A stretch of 63,265 nucleotides of DNA, the filler included, from Anaerolineae bacterium (GTDB taxonomy: Bacteria > Chloroflexota > Anaerolineae > Epilineales > Epilineaceae): the NCBI GenBank assembly GCA_029262755.1. It is 6 parts of 6 records of this genome, joined end to end, with 100 filler letters (N's around TTAATTAATTAA, not from the genome) between each part and the next. Parts side by side here need not be neighbours in the genome. Positions count along the whole stretch, not along the records: positions 36,707 to 56,429 come from JAJCYU010000077.1; positions 56,530 to 60,169 come from JAJCYU010000078.1; positions 60,270 to 63,265 come from JAJCYU010000087.1; 3 more parts are not named here. The stretch is one strand, 5' to 3'. The notes below the pieces were generated by a model. It had not been told where the DNA came from, searched no databases, and worked only from the letters and a program-made list of their open reading frames with translations. Within the stretch, counting starts at the first letter, position 1. The number at the start of each line of letters is the position of its first letter. Below, piece after piece: positions 50,701-60,271 of this stretch. Both the position numbers and the translations under genes were made by a program.

Positions 50701-52164
50701 ATGACCGTCTTTCGACGTAGGACGGGCCTTTTCATCGTGGCCGCGCTTCTACCGATCACTGTCTTCTACGCGCAAGCCCAAGCGCAGGACACCGCCGCTG
50801 ACTCCGCCAAGGACAACCGTCCGTTGGCGGGCGATTTCGAACTCGCGCCGCTGGGCGCTCCGGAGCCAGGCTTGGACGCCAGCCTGCTCGACGCCTTGCA
50901 ACAGGCATCGCCGGCCCTGGCTCCCAGCGCGCCGGCCGATAGCCCATCAATGAATAACGTGGTGTCTTGCAATCCCACGGTGTGCAATCACCCGGACAGC
51001 TACTGTGTCCAGGTCTCGTTCCCCGACACGGAATGGCGCGCCTGCATTCGCGACGTAGGCATGAAGGGGCTTTGGGTCGGCCCCGTCGATCTGCGCCGCG
51101 AGTCGGGCGATCCATGGAGGCGCGTGCTCTACGAGGCCGGGCTCGCGGAGATCCACGTCGCCTATGACCAATACACAAACGGAGAAAACAACGACTTGCC
51201 GGATATGCGTTGGGGCACTCAGTTACCTATGACTACAGACGATGCCGGCCCCCACGGAGCGTTGCTGACGCTGCCGGGCGCATCGGATCCCGAAGTAGTC
51301 GCGGAAGTGCGAGATCGTGGACCGGCGTGGCTGTGCAAGTTCGCCGGCAACGCGACAACCGGCGCACCGCCCAAGTACGAGGTGCGGCGCGGCGAAGAGT
51401 TGCTGCTTTGGGGTGTCTACGACGGCGGAGATTACGACAACATCATCCAATACGGTCTACGCGACGATGGCACCATGACCTTCCGCACGGGCGCCACCGG
51501 CTACAACAACAATGACTCCAGCGCCACGGGCCCGCTCTCCCAAACCTTCGAACCGCATGTGCACACCGGACTATGGCGGGTGGACATCGATCTTAACGGC
51601 GCCGCGCACGACTCTGCGCACCTTGTCGAGCACTTCGAGCCCGCGCCTTCGGGACCCAACCACAACGGCAAGGTGATTGAAGGCCCGTTCAAGGGAGGCA
51701 AGGAAGGATTGACCTACTGGAATCCGTATCGATTCACGAGCCTGACCGTGGAGGATCAGACCCCAAACGTTCACGGCAACCCCATGGGCTACTCCCTGGT
51801 GCCGATTCGCACCGGTTCAGCGCGGCATTTCGGCGCAAGCCAGGTCTGGACGCACTTCGACCTGGGTGTCACCCAATACAAGAACCCGCACGCCGGACCG
51901 AAGGGGTGGACCCAGACGTGGATGTGGCCGGACGATTACCTCTTGGATGACTGGCAGGAGGGCGGTTCCGTGATCGACACCGACCTTGTGCTCTGGCACA
52001 ACACGTCCAGCCTGCACACCCCCCACGATGAAGATCGCGCCGCATCACCGTACACGAACGAACTGAACGGCGTCACCAACATCCACTGGAGCGGCTTCGA
52101 CATGGAACCGCACAACCTCTTCAACCACAATCCGCTCGGAGGTCCGGGCCGCTGCGGTCCGTAG
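50701..52164 (+). CDS. Secreted copper amine oxidase catalytic-domain-like protein
   Basis: SD GGAGG; signal ending AQA; VLYEAGLAEIHVAY, GDYDNIIQY...DDGTMTFRTGATG, PHVH...WRVDIDLNG, DLVLW...HTPHDED, FDMEPHNLFNHNP. Confidence 0.8.
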   Translation: MTVFRRRTGLFIVAALLPITVFYAQAQAQDTAADSAKDNRPLAGDFELAPLGAPEPGLDASLLDALQQASPALAPSAPADSPSMNNVVSCNPTVCNHPDSYCVQVSFPDTEWRACIRDVGMKGLWVGPVDLRRESGDPWRRVLYEAGLAEIHVAYDQYTNGENNDLPDMRWGTQLPMTTDDAGPHGALLTLPGASDPEVVAEVRDRGPAWLCKFAGNATTGAPPKYEVRRGEELLLWGVYDGGDYDNIIQYGLRDDGTMTFRTGATGYNNNDSSATGPLSQTFEPHVHTGLWRVDIDLNGAAHDSAHLVEHFEPAPSGPNHNGKVIEGPFKGGKEGLTYWNPYRFTSLTVEDQTPNVHGNPMGYSLVPIRTGSARHFGASQVWTHFDLGVTQYKNPHAGPKGWTQTWMWPDDYLLDDWQEGGSVIDTDLVLWHNTSSLHTPHDEDRAASPYTNELNGVTNIHWSGFDMEPHNLFNHNPLGGPGRCGP

Positions 52165-52282
52165 CACGGACGGTGGCTGGTGACGGCTTGGGATGAGCAG
52201 ATCGTCGGCGGGTGGCGCGAAACAATGGCGCGCCCGCCGACGGTCCCTTCAGGTAGCGTCAGAACCGCGCCGCCCCACCCCC

Positions 52283-52735
52283 CTACGCCCGCTCCCGCGC
52301 CGCCTCCACCGCCTTCGCAATCCGACGCTCGCGCGTCGCCTCCGCCTTGGCCGTCCCGACCTGGCGGACCCATTCCTTGCGGCGCGACGGGGCGAGCTGA
52401 TCGAAGGCCTCGCGCAATCCGCTCGCCGTGAGGGCCTCGGCTAGGTCAGCGGGCACTTCTACGATGCGTGGCGTGGTCTCGAGTTTGAGGGTGACCTCCA
52501 GCTCCGGCTCTTCGCCGGTGAGTCCGGCCGGCTCGCGATGCTCCTTTGCGATGCCGACGAGGTACTCCCCTCCCATCCGAGCAACGGTGGAACTCCACGA
52601 GTGCGTGCCGATCGTGACGGTGACCGGAGGCCTCTTGCTCTTGCCCAGTCGCTCCACGACCTCGTCCGGGACCACGATGCCCATCGTATCCTTGCTACGG
52701 CCGCGGATGACTCTCGCCAGAAACGTCTCTGCCAT
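52283..52735 (-). CDS. DUF1905 + YdeI/OmpD-associated domain protein
   Basis: GIVVPDEVV...KRPPVTVTI...VEVPADLAEAL...FDQLAPSRRKEWV...AKAEATRERRI. Confidence 0.88.
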   Translation of the reverse strand: MAETFLARVIRGRSKDTMGIVVPDEVVERLGKSKRPPVTVTIGTHSWSSTVARMGGEYLVGIAKEHREPAGLTGEEPELEVTLKLETTPRIVEVPADLAEALTASGLREAFDQLAPSRRKEWVRQVGTAKAEATRERRIAKAVEAARERA

Positions 52736-52789
52736 TTTGCCCTCCTGGATCTTCGGCGATGGCTGCCCGACGCCCCCCTCTACTGGAGC

Positions 52790-53497
52790 CTATTCCTCAT
52801 CGGCCAGCGTACGAATGAATGCGACCACGTCATACAAGTCCGGCTCGGTAAGCGAGGGATTCCCGCCCCACGGGGGCATCGCGGCACCGGACACGTTGTC
52901 CGGATCGTCGACAGCGCGACCGGCTTGGATGAACGCGACCAACTCGGCGTCCGACAGTTGATCGACCAGCGCGCTGTTCGCCAGACCGATACCGAGCCCG
53001 TCCACGCCTTCGCCCGCTGCGCCGTGGCAGCCGGCGCATATGGTGTAAAGGTCTGCCCCGCGTTCCACGGCCGCGGCTGTAGACGAGGTGGCGTCGGCAC
53101 CGGCCGTGGCTGAATAGATGCTGCCCACCGTGAACGTCAGCAACACGAAGGCGAGCGAGACACCGGATAGCACGGCGACTCGCCGACTCTTGGCCGTGGC
53201 ATCGGAGGTCGGAAACCAGTAGTAGGCAAGACAGAATGCCAGCGGGGCCAGACCTCCCAGGTAGTGAATATAGAGCTGCAAGAACCCGAGTCCTTGATCG
53301 AGCAACTTGATGCCCGCCAAGGCTTGAAGCATCAAGGACGCTTGAAACAGTACGAACACAAGGTTGCCGGCGGTCGAAAAGGGCTTCTTCCGCCACGCCA
53401 GGCGTCCTGCAACGATTAGAAGTACACCGTTGCTAACGAGTACGAGCGTGCCTATCCACAGATGCACCTCGGATGGCAACACGAGTTTGTCGATCAT
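52790..53497 (-). CDS. Membrane protein (about 4 TM) with C-terminal monoheme cytochrome c
   Basis: CAGCH heme motif, distal AMPPWG, four hydrophobic segments. Confidence 0.85.
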   Translation of the reverse strand: MIDKLVLPSEVHLWIGTLVLVSNGVLLIVAGRLAWRKKPFSTAGNLVFVLFQASLMLQALAGIKLLDQGLGFLQLYIHYLGGLAPLAFCLAYYWFPTSDATAKSRRVAVLSGVSLAFVLLTFTVGSIYSATAGADATSSTAAAVERGADLYTICAGCHGAAGEGVDGLGIGLANSALVDQLSDAELVAFIQAGRAVDDPDNVSGAAMPPWGGNPSLTEPDLYDVVAFIRTLADEE

Positions 53498-53592
53498 GAA
53501 GGGAGATCCTTGGACAGTATTGAAATGGTGGGCTGCGTGCTTTAGACACGTCGCATCCGCGTCGTGTCAACGAGTAAGGCGGAAACGAGCGC

Positions 53593-53979
53593 TCACTGTC
53601 CTGGCGGCGGCTGCCAGAGCTCGACCTTGTTGCCCTCGGGATCCATGACCCAACCGAACTTGCCGAAATCGGGATCGTCCGCCGGCTCCAGGACATCGCA
53701 CCCTTCGTCCCGGAGCAGCTGGAGCACCGCGTCCAGGTCCTCGACGCGATAGTTGACCATGAACGTCGACGTGCTTGGTGCGAAGCCATCATCTTCGGCG
53801 GAACCGATGGACCACACGGTCGATCCCGTCGTCGGATTGCCCGCCGCGTCTGTCCAAGTGAACGAGGCGCCTCCCCACTCCTGGACGTCAATGCCCAGGT
53901 GCTTCTTGTACCACGCCTGTAGCGCGGCAGGGTCCTTTGCGTGGAAGAAGATGCCTCCGATACCTGTGACTCTCTTCAT
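53593..53979 (-). CDS. VOC/glyoxalase family protein
   Basis: MKRVTGIGGIFF...WYKKHLG...MVNYRVEDL...GKFGWVMDPEGNKVELWQP. Confidence 0.92.
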   Translation of the reverse strand: MKRVTGIGGIFFHAKDPAALQAWYKKHLGIDVQEWGGASFTWTDAAGNPTTGSTVWSIGSAEDDGFAPSTSTFMVNYRVEDLDAVLQLLRDEGCDVLEPADDPDFGKFGWVMDPEGNKVELWQPPPGQ

Positions 53980-54137
53980 GGAGCCTCCGAAGTGCGCCTG
54001 AGTCGGCGTGAAGTGGGTTTGCGACGTACCGCGCATTGTCGCTTAGCCGCGCGGGGCAGCGAACGAAATGACGGGACGCAGCGAAGGTAGCGCAGAAGCT
54101 CCCACGAGCCGAGATCGCCTTCCCGGGAACTGCGACG

Positions 54138-56429
54138 TCAACCCCGCGCTTCACCATCCTCCCACAATTCCCCCGCTTCACCCCCCACACCCGTCCCACG
54201 CCCCACGCCCCCCGCCACGATCGCCTTCCGCACGATCTCCGCGAATCGCTCGTCCGACCAGTACCCCGTGTGGCCACCGCGCGGCAGGCGATGCACGTCG
54301 CCGGGGCGCTGCGAGCCGTGGCGGCCGACGTCGGTGCCGACGAAGTCGTCGTCGCGGTAGACGTTGATCCAGCGGATCGAGGACCGGTCGGCAAGGCGTG
54401 CCCAGCGGTCGTGCTCCAGGGCGGGATAGGCATCGGCGAAGTAGTGCTGGTAGAGGTGGGCGAAGGGCGAGCCCATTGTGATCAGCGTCACGGGTAGATC
54501 GCCGATGTGCAGAGTGCGATGCTCCGGGTGTTCGTCGTTCGGACAGGAGGCGAGGTCGGTGCCGGCTAGGGCCTCCAGGGCGATGATGGAGCCTTGGCTG
54601 TGGGCGACCAGGATCAGGTGCTCGAGGCCTGGATTGTCGGCCACGATCTCGTTCACGACCCAGCGCAGGCGCGCGGCGACGCGCCGTCGGCCGAAGTAGT
54701 CGGTGCAGCCGCCGTCGTCGCGCTCGGTGCGGAAGTGATGGGCGACGTCGAGCAGCAGGTCGCCGCCCCGGCGGGCGCTTGGGAGGAAGGGGATGAGGGC
54801 CACCGAGCCGACGACGCCGGTGAGCGCGCGGAACACGCCGTTGAAGCGCTTGATCTCGCAGAGCGCTGTATCGGTCGTCATCGACTGCATGCCGAGCGCC
54901 TCGCCGGTGCGCAGCAACCCGTCTAGGCTTGCCGATACCCACGGCGGATACACGGCATCGAAGAAGGCGAGGAACGTCGCGCCGACGCCGAGCACCGACG
55001 AGATCAGCACCACGAACACGACGGCGCCCGGCACGATCAAACGCGGCGGCGCGGCGTCGGCTTGGCCGGATGCCGGCGGAGCGGTCGACTGCGAAGTAGA
55101 CGATTGCTCATCGCTCCGTGCGCGGCGGCTGTGAACGACGATCGTGCGGTAGGACCACACGATTAAGAACGTGGCGAGAATCAGGAATGCGCTGAACCAC
55201 GAGAAGCCGTACCATGCCGAGCTGCGGCTGATCGTCGACTCGAAGAGCGGGCTGCTCAACGTGCTGGGCAGGTTGCCCAGCAGCAAGAACCACAGCGTGG
55301 GCAGCAGGATGCTGAGGATGCCCACCGGGACGGCTACCGCCACGAACGAGACCATGACGCCGGGTTTTTCGACGTCCGGCGCCACGATCCAGCGAACGAC
55401 GGACACAACGATCAACAGCGCCATTCCAACCGCCACGAGCGACCAGAGGCCGAGGGCAAACCAGCTAAGCGTGGTGAAGTATCGGCCGATGCGGCTGTCA
55501 TCGGTTCCGCTGTATTCGTCGGGGACGTCGCACGCGCCCTCCGCTGCGGCGTCGGTCTTGACCGCTGCCGTGACGGGCGCGTCGACCGGGCTCGGGTAGC
55601 CATCGGGGGCTGCGGTTCCCGCCGGGAGTGCGGTCGCCGTGGCGACTGCGGCCGGTTCGGGATAGCCCGAACGTGTCTTGGCGCCCGCCTCCGCGCGATC
55701 GTCGTCGCCAACGGGCGAGGCCGCGACGCGAGCATTGTCGCCAACGCTTGCGTCCGCGTCCGCGCGACTGAGCCGCGGTGTACCCAATCCGCCCCATGTG
55801 GCGACCAGCATGAGGCCGGCGATGATGGCGGTGCCGAGGAAGACCGCCTTGAATCGTCGGAACCGGCGGCTGCGCGACAGCGACAAGGAAAGGAAGGCCA
55901 GGATGGCGGCCGCGCCGCACGCCACGAGACTGGCGTGCGTCTCCACCCCATCCCATTGCAGCACCGGTTGGAGCAACGCGACCGTCGCAATCAGGCCGAG
56001 CAGCACCAGGTTCACGGAGACCAGCCCGATCCGGACCAGGTCCGCCACCGCGGCGGCCAGCGCTTGTTGCGCGACGGCCAGTTGGCGGCCGAACGGGCTC
56101 GCGCCTTCCGTGGCTGTCGCCGCGTCGCGGGCAACGTGACGCAAGTCGAAGACAAGCTTCACCAATCCGAGCAACGTGCCCAACACGCCCTGGGCCATGC
56201 GGCTGGCATCGGCCCAATGCACTTCGGCGAAGCGCACGGAGCGCGCGCCGATCGTGGCATCGCGCTGCACGCTGACGAAGGAGCGCATCCGGAAGGTCTC
56301 GTCCTCGAGCGTGTTGTGGTCCTTCATCCAACGGCTCTCGCGCGCGCCACGAAGGACCGATGGGTGACCCGTGGAATCAGCGTTCTGCGCGATCCGACTG
56401 GCGACCGACGGATTCACCGATCCGCTGCC
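54138..56429 (-). CDS. Multi-pass membrane protein with C-terminal alpha/beta-hydrolase domain (5' end cut by contig edge)
   Basis: EVHWAD N-motif, multiple TM segments, VAHSQGS, ITMGSP, WINVYRDDDFVG, GGHTGYW. Confidence 0.8.
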   Translation of the reverse strand, partial: GSGSVNPSVASRIAQNADSTGHPSVLRGARESRWMKDHNTLEDETFRMRSFVSVQRDATIGARSVRFAEVHWADASRMAQGVLGTLLGLVKLVFDLRHVARDAATATEGASPFGRQLAVAQQALAAAVADLVRIGLVSVNLVLLGLIATVALLQPVLQWDGVETHASLVACGAAAILAFLSLSLSRSRRFRRFKAVFLGTAIIAGLMLVATWGGLGTPRLSRADADASVGDNARVAASPVGDDDRAEAGAKTRSGYPEPAAVATATALPAGTAAPDGYPSPVDAPVTAAVKTDAAAEGACDVPDEYSGTDDSRIGRYFTTLSWFALGLWSLVAVGMALLIVVSVVRWIVAPDVEKPGVMVSFVAVAVPVGILSILLPTLWFLLLGNLPSTLSSPLFESTISRSSAWYGFSWFSAFLILATFLIVWSYRTIVVHSRRARSDEQSSTSQSTAPPASGQADAAPPRLIVPGAVVFVVLISSVLGVGATFLAFFDAVYPPWVSASLDGLLRTGEALGMQSMTTDTALCEIKRFNGVFRALTGVVGSVALIPFLPSARRGGDLLLDVAHHFRTERDDGGCTDYFGRRRVAARLRWVVNEIVADNPGLEHLILVAHSQGSIIALEALAGTDLASCPNDEHPEHRTLHIGDLPVTLITMGSPFAHLYQHYFADAYPALEHDRWARLADRSSIRWINVYRDDDFVGTDVGRHGSQRPGDVHRLPRGGHTGYWSDERFAEIVRKAIVAGGVGRGTGVGGEAGELWEDGEARG

Positions 56430-56529
56430 NNNNNNNNNNNNNNNNNNNNNNNNNNNNNNNNNNNNNNNNNNNNTTAATTAATTAANNNNNNNNNNNNNNN
56501 NNNNNNNNNNNNNNNNNNNNNNNNNNNNN
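56430..56529. other. Artificial contig-joining spacer
   Basis: N44-TTAATTAATTAA-N44. Confidence 0.99.
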
Positions 56530-56530
56530 T

Positions 56531-56632
56531 GCATATAAAGAAGAAGCCGAAAAAGCGAAACAACCAGGTTATAAACCTCCCGCAATGGATGTACCAGATG
56601 AAGACTATGACGATGATAATACTAACAGTTAA
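56531..56632 (+). CDS. 3' end of an unidentified gene (partial)
   Basis: Open frame AYKEEAEKAKQPGYKPPAMDVPDEDYDDDNTNS* from the contig edge. Confidence 0.4.
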   Translation, partial: AYKEEAEKAKQPGYKPPAMDVPDEDYDDDNTNS

Positions 56633-56843
56633 TGGATAATAACATCCATCGTAAAGGGGCGTATAAAACATTCCTTTATACCAATTCAATTGACCGATCA
56701 GAAATTGAAATCTTCTAAGTTACACGCTATACTTAATTCAAAAGGCAATATTCTTAAACTAATAATTAATGTTTTGTAGGCGAATCAAATAAAGCAAATT
56801 TAATTATTAATTACCAATCTGGCAGAGCCAGAACACATAAAAA

Positions 56844-58523
56844 ATGTCTAAGACGGGTTCACAAATATTAATTGATGCCTTAAAAAAAGAAAATGTGGAA
56901 TATATTTTTGGCCTGCCTGGCGGTGTCATTATACCACTTTTCGATACGTTGTTTGATGAGTCTGACATAAAATTCATACTTACGCGCCACGAACAGGCTG
57001 CAGGGCATGCGGCTGATGGATATGCCAGAGCGACAGGAAAAGTAGGCGTATGCCTCGTTACATCCGGTCCCGGCGCAACCAATTTGACAACCGCTATTGC
57101 TACGGCCTACATGGACTCCATACCCATGGTCGCCATAACCGGCCAGGTAAAAACGCACCTTATAGGCAGTGATGCATTCCAGGAAGCAGACGTAACCGGT
57201 ATCACTCGTCCTATTTCAAAACATAATTATCTGGTTAAAGATATAAAAGAGCTGGGAACGATAGTTAAAGAGGCGTTTTATATCGCTTCTACTGGCAGGC
57301 CAGGTCCTGTTGTTATCGACCTTCCTGTGGACGTAACAACAGACACATGGGATGGAGATACTCCTGACACCATAAATCTACCCGGATACAAGCCATCATT
57401 CGAAGGCAACATACGACAAATAAAAATAGCAGCAGAGGCGATAAACAGATCAAAAAGACCTGTGATTTATGCGGGTGGTGGAGTTATATCTTCAAATAGC
57501 TCAAAACTGCTTATCGAACTTGCTGAAAAAGCCAATTTACCGGTAAACACAACTCTGTTAGCACTGGGAGTATTCCCTGAAGACGACGAAAAAGCACTGG
57601 GAATGCTGGGAATGCATGGGACAGTTCCTGCCAATTATGCGGTTCATGAATCTGATTTATTAATTGCAATTGGAGCGAGGTTTGATGACAGGATTACGGG
57701 AAAGATAGATGAATTTGCTCCACAAGCACAAATTATTCATATAGACGTAGACCCAACTTCTATAAGCAAAAATATAAGGGTCGACATCCCGGTTGTTGGT
57801 GATGCAAATAATATACTTACCGAATTGATAAAACATGTAAGTTATGTTGAAAGAAAAGAGTGGTTTGAAAAGATTTCGGGATGGAAAAAGAGATATCACG
57901 TTTCTTATGATAACACAAGTGACGTTGTAAAGCCGCAATACGTAGTTGAACAACTATGTGAGGCTACCAAAGGAGAAGCAATTATCACTACTGAAGTTGG
58001 ACAGAACCAGATGTGGGCTGCTCAATATTATACCTATACGAATCCCAGAAGTTTCTTATCTTCTGGCGGTTTGGGCACCATGGGATTCGGTTTCCCTGCC
58101 GCATTAGGTGCTCAACTTGGATGTCCGGACAAAATTGTTGTTGCTATTGCAGGTGATGGCAGTTTTCAAATGAATATTCAAGAACTTAGTACTGCCGTTA
58201 AATATAATTTACCCGTTAAGGTTGCCATCCTGAACAATGGTTACCTTGGAATGGTAAGGCAGTGGCAGGAGCTGTTTTATGATAAAAGATATGCTCACAC
58301 TTTACTCGATGGTAATCCTGACTTTGTGCAGGTAGCAAAAGCCTATGGAGCTGAAGGCTTCCTGGTTACAAACAAGGAGGATGTCAGGCCGGTAATTGAA
58401 AAATCACTTTCAATAAATGGTCCTGTCGTAATAGATTTTAGAGTAGACCCGGAAGAAAATGTATTTCCAATGATTCCCGCAGGACAAGCCGTTAGCCAGG
58501 TTAAAGGCGTTGAATTAATCTGA
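56844..58523 (+). CDS. ilvB: Acetolactate synthase large (catalytic) subunit
   Basis: RHEQAAGHAADGYAR, TSGPGATN, DAFQE, GMLGMHG, RFDDR, TPP motif GDGSFQMN...NN, LGMVRQWQ. Confidence 0.97.
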   Translation: MSKTGSQILIDALKKENVEYIFGLPGGVIIPLFDTLFDESDIKFILTRHEQAAGHAADGYARATGKVGVCLVTSGPGATNLTTAIATAYMDSIPMVAITGQVKTHLIGSDAFQEADVTGITRPISKHNYLVKDIKELGTIVKEAFYIASTGRPGPVVIDLPVDVTTDTWDGDTPDTINLPGYKPSFEGNIRQIKIAAEAINRSKRPVIYAGGGVISSNSSKLLIELAEKANLPVNTTLLALGVFPEDDEKALGMLGMHGTVPANYAVHESDLLIAIGARFDDRITGKIDEFAPQAQIIHIDVDPTSISKNIRVDIPVVGDANNILTELIKHVSYVERKEWFEKISGWKKRYHVSYDNTSDVVKPQYVVEQLCEATKGEAIITTEVGQNQMWAAQYYTYTNPRSFLSSGGLGTMGFGFPAALGAQLGCPDKIVVAIAGDGSFQMNIQELSTAVKYNLPVKVAILNNGYLGMVRQWQELFYDKRYAHTLLDGNPDFVQVAKAYGAEGFLVTNKEDVRPVIEKSLSINGPVVIDFRVDPEENVFPMIPAGQAVSQVKGVELI

Positions 58524-58639
58524 GGAATGGCAAAAGCGTCATTAGGTTTTTCAGAAAAGCTGCATTTCAAATACATCAAACCATGATTAGTTAAATGTAT
58601 CTTTACTGATTTTTCCACTAAAAGGACCGTAAAGTAAGT

Positions 58640-59368
58640 ATGAATCGTTTTTATGTTCCATTCCATGCCGGTTTGAAAAACTTATGGATAGATAGTTCAG
58701 AAAGCCATCACATTATACACGTTAAAAGATTGAAAATCGGCGACAACATTATCGTGTTTAATGGAATGGGGGATGAATTTGAAGCGGAAATCGTTGAAAC
58801 TGAAGATAACAGGGTCAAAGTAGAGATTAATCAGCAGAAAACTATCAGCAAAGAAAACAGAGTCGGAATAGACATAGCGTTTGCTATCCCCAAGGGAAAA
58901 CGTTCTCACCTCCTGATCCAAAAATGTACTGAACTGGGAGTGCACAAACTAATACCAATAAATTATGAACGAAGTGTAGTAAAACTTAAGGACGAATGTT
59001 CCGTGAAAATTGAAAAGTGGCAGAAAATTGCGATTGAAGCATCAAAACAGTGTGGCCGTAACACGATAACGGAGATTAGCGAAGCTGTTAATTTTGACAA
59101 TATCCTTAAAGCTGTAGAAAGTTACGACCTTCCCCTCTTCGCCTGCAACCAATCTGATTCAAATAATCTAAAAAATACGTTGCTAGAACATCCAAAAGTA
59201 AATAGTATAATTAGTTTTATAGGTCCGGAAGGTGGATTTGCTTCGAACGAGATAGAAATGGCGAAGAAAGCCGGGTGCAGGTTTGTCAGCCTGGGGCGAC
59301 GAATTCTTCGAGTGGAAACAGCTGCAATTGCTATTTCTGCAATTCTTTCATATCACTATTCAACCTAG
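58640..59368 (+). CDS. rsmE: 16S rRNA m3U1498 methyltransferase
   Basis: HHIIHVKRL, QKCTELG, EASKQCGR, IGPEGGF, LGRRILRVETA. Confidence 0.95.
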   Translation: MNRFYVPFHAGLKNLWIDSSESHHIIHVKRLKIGDNIIVFNGMGDEFEAEIVETEDNRVKVEINQQKTISKENRVGIDIAFAIPKGKRSHLLIQKCTELGVHKLIPINYERSVVKLKDECSVKIEKWQKIAIEASKQCGRNTITEISEAVNFDNILKAVESYDLPLFACNQSDSNNLKNTLLEHPKVNSIISFIGPEGGFASNEIEMAKKAGCRFVSLGRRILRVETAAIAISAILSYHYST

Positions 59369-59396
59369 TTTTTTTAGCATTTTAAATAGGATTATT

Positions 59397-60169
59397 ATGT
59401 TATACGCAGTAATTATGGCAGGAGGTTCAGGTACCAGGTTTTGGCCCTGGAGTAGAAAAAAAACACCAAAACAACTCTTGAAGATCACAGGACAAGAGAC
59501 TATGATTACGCAAACAGTTGATCGTATTATTGGTGAGATTCCTTCAGAAAATATTTATGTTGTAACAACGTCTACCCTGGCTGATAGTATTGAAGAAGAA
59601 CTGCCTCAAATACCGGCAAGAAATATTATATCAGAGCCTTTTGGCAGAAACACGGCCGCATGTATAGGCCTTGCGGCAACCATAATTTCAAAGAGAGATT
59701 CCAATGCCATCATGGTCGTAATGACGGCAGACCATATAATTGACCCCCCTGATCTTTTCTTAAAATCAATCAAATGCGCTGAAGAACTTGCGACAGAAAA
59801 GAAGACTCTTATTACATTCGGAATAAAACCAACAGAACCATCGGTAAATTATGGCTATATACAGAGAAACGAAGATGTAATCAATCGGCAAGATTTTCCG
59901 GTTTACGATGTAAAATGTTTTACTGAAAAACCGGATCGTATGACAGCAGAAAACTTTTTAAAAAGTGGTAAATATTACTGGAACAGTGGCATCTTTGTCT
60001 GGTCGGTAAATACAATATTAGAAAATATAAATACACTTATGCCTGACTTGTCTCAGGGTCTTGTAAGAATCGGGAAATCACTCGAAACCTCTGATGAGTC
60101 AAGCGTGATTTGCCATGAATATGAAAAATTTGATAATATTTCAATAGATTATGGCATAATGGAAAAGGC
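59397..60169 (+). CDS. manC: Mannose-1-phosphate guanylyltransferase (partial)
   Basis: IMAGGSGTRFWPWSR...PKQ, EPFGRNTA, ADH, YGYI, FTEKP, WNSGIF, ISIDYGIMEK. Confidence 0.95.
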
Positions 60170-60269
60170 NNNNNNNNNNNNNNNNNNNNNNNNNNNNNNN
60201 NNNNNNNNNNNNNTTAATTAATTAANNNNNNNNNNNNNNNNNNNNNNNNNNNNNNNNNNNNNNNNNNNN
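60170..60269. other. Artificial contig-joining spacer
   Basis: N44-TTAATTAATTAA-N44. Confidence 0.99.
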
Positions 60270-60271
60270 CA

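Noticed and set aside
56530..60169. Horizontally acquired low-GC island
   Set aside because: Boundaries coincide with contig ends and the content is housekeeping; contamination is simpler.
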